Of a stretch of 34,308 bases of DNA, positions 34,082 to 34,308 are shown one piece after another. Position numbers and translations under genes: made by a program. The notes below the pieces were generated by a model, which had not been told where the DNA came from, did no database searches, and saw only the letters and a list, made by a program, of their open reading frames with translations. Every line of letters starts with the position of its first letter. Positions within the stretch are counted from its first letter, which is position 1. The stretch comes from Octopus sinensis (taxonomy: Eukaryota): positions 1 to 34,308 of the forward strand of contig NW_021831724.1 of NCBI RefSeq assembly GCF_006345805.1, written 5' to 3'.

Positions 34082-34308
34082 GGGCGGCACGCTTTTGAGG
34101 GTGGAAGGAAAGGGGAATTTGTTAGTTACGTACTATATATGTAGGGTTATCAAGAAAGACTGGATTCCTTAATGCTAAAATGAGGCGGGGTTTGATGGCT
34201 GTGAATTGAGACATGAGAAACATTGTCTGTCTGTCTGTCTCACAAATATTTACAAACAATTTCAAAACTTACCTCATCTCAAATGCCTAAGGCTTCACCC
34301 TCACAATG

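Overview
AT-rich eukaryotic repeat DNA with no recognisable host gene. The SINE families and the heavy (CATA)n/(CA)n load point to a cephalopod (Octopus-like) genome; this is inference from sequence style, not a database result. The window is a transposon graveyard. It holds decayed LINE fragments from several clades (two CR1-type families, Tx1/L1-type, RTE, R4/Dong-like, HERO-like), mariner and Tc1 transposase fragments, tRNA-derived SINEs, long degenerate microsatellite blocks and two minisatellite arrays (106 bp x13; 39 bp x~17.6). From 1 to 27 kb it is a patchwork of local duplications (modules named here AB, M, C and D), with chimeric copies and empty-versus-filled insertion sites that allow events to be ordered. 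The most unusual items are: a perfect 130-bp-arm palindrome inserted into a (TA)n run; a minisatellite built from a LINE reverse-transcriptase coding segment; and two unrelated elements sharing a 3'-terminal CARCCACCA-(TGTA)n motif. I see no intact autonomous element and no convincing novel protein-coding system. Element boundaries are read by eye and approximate unless stated as exact.
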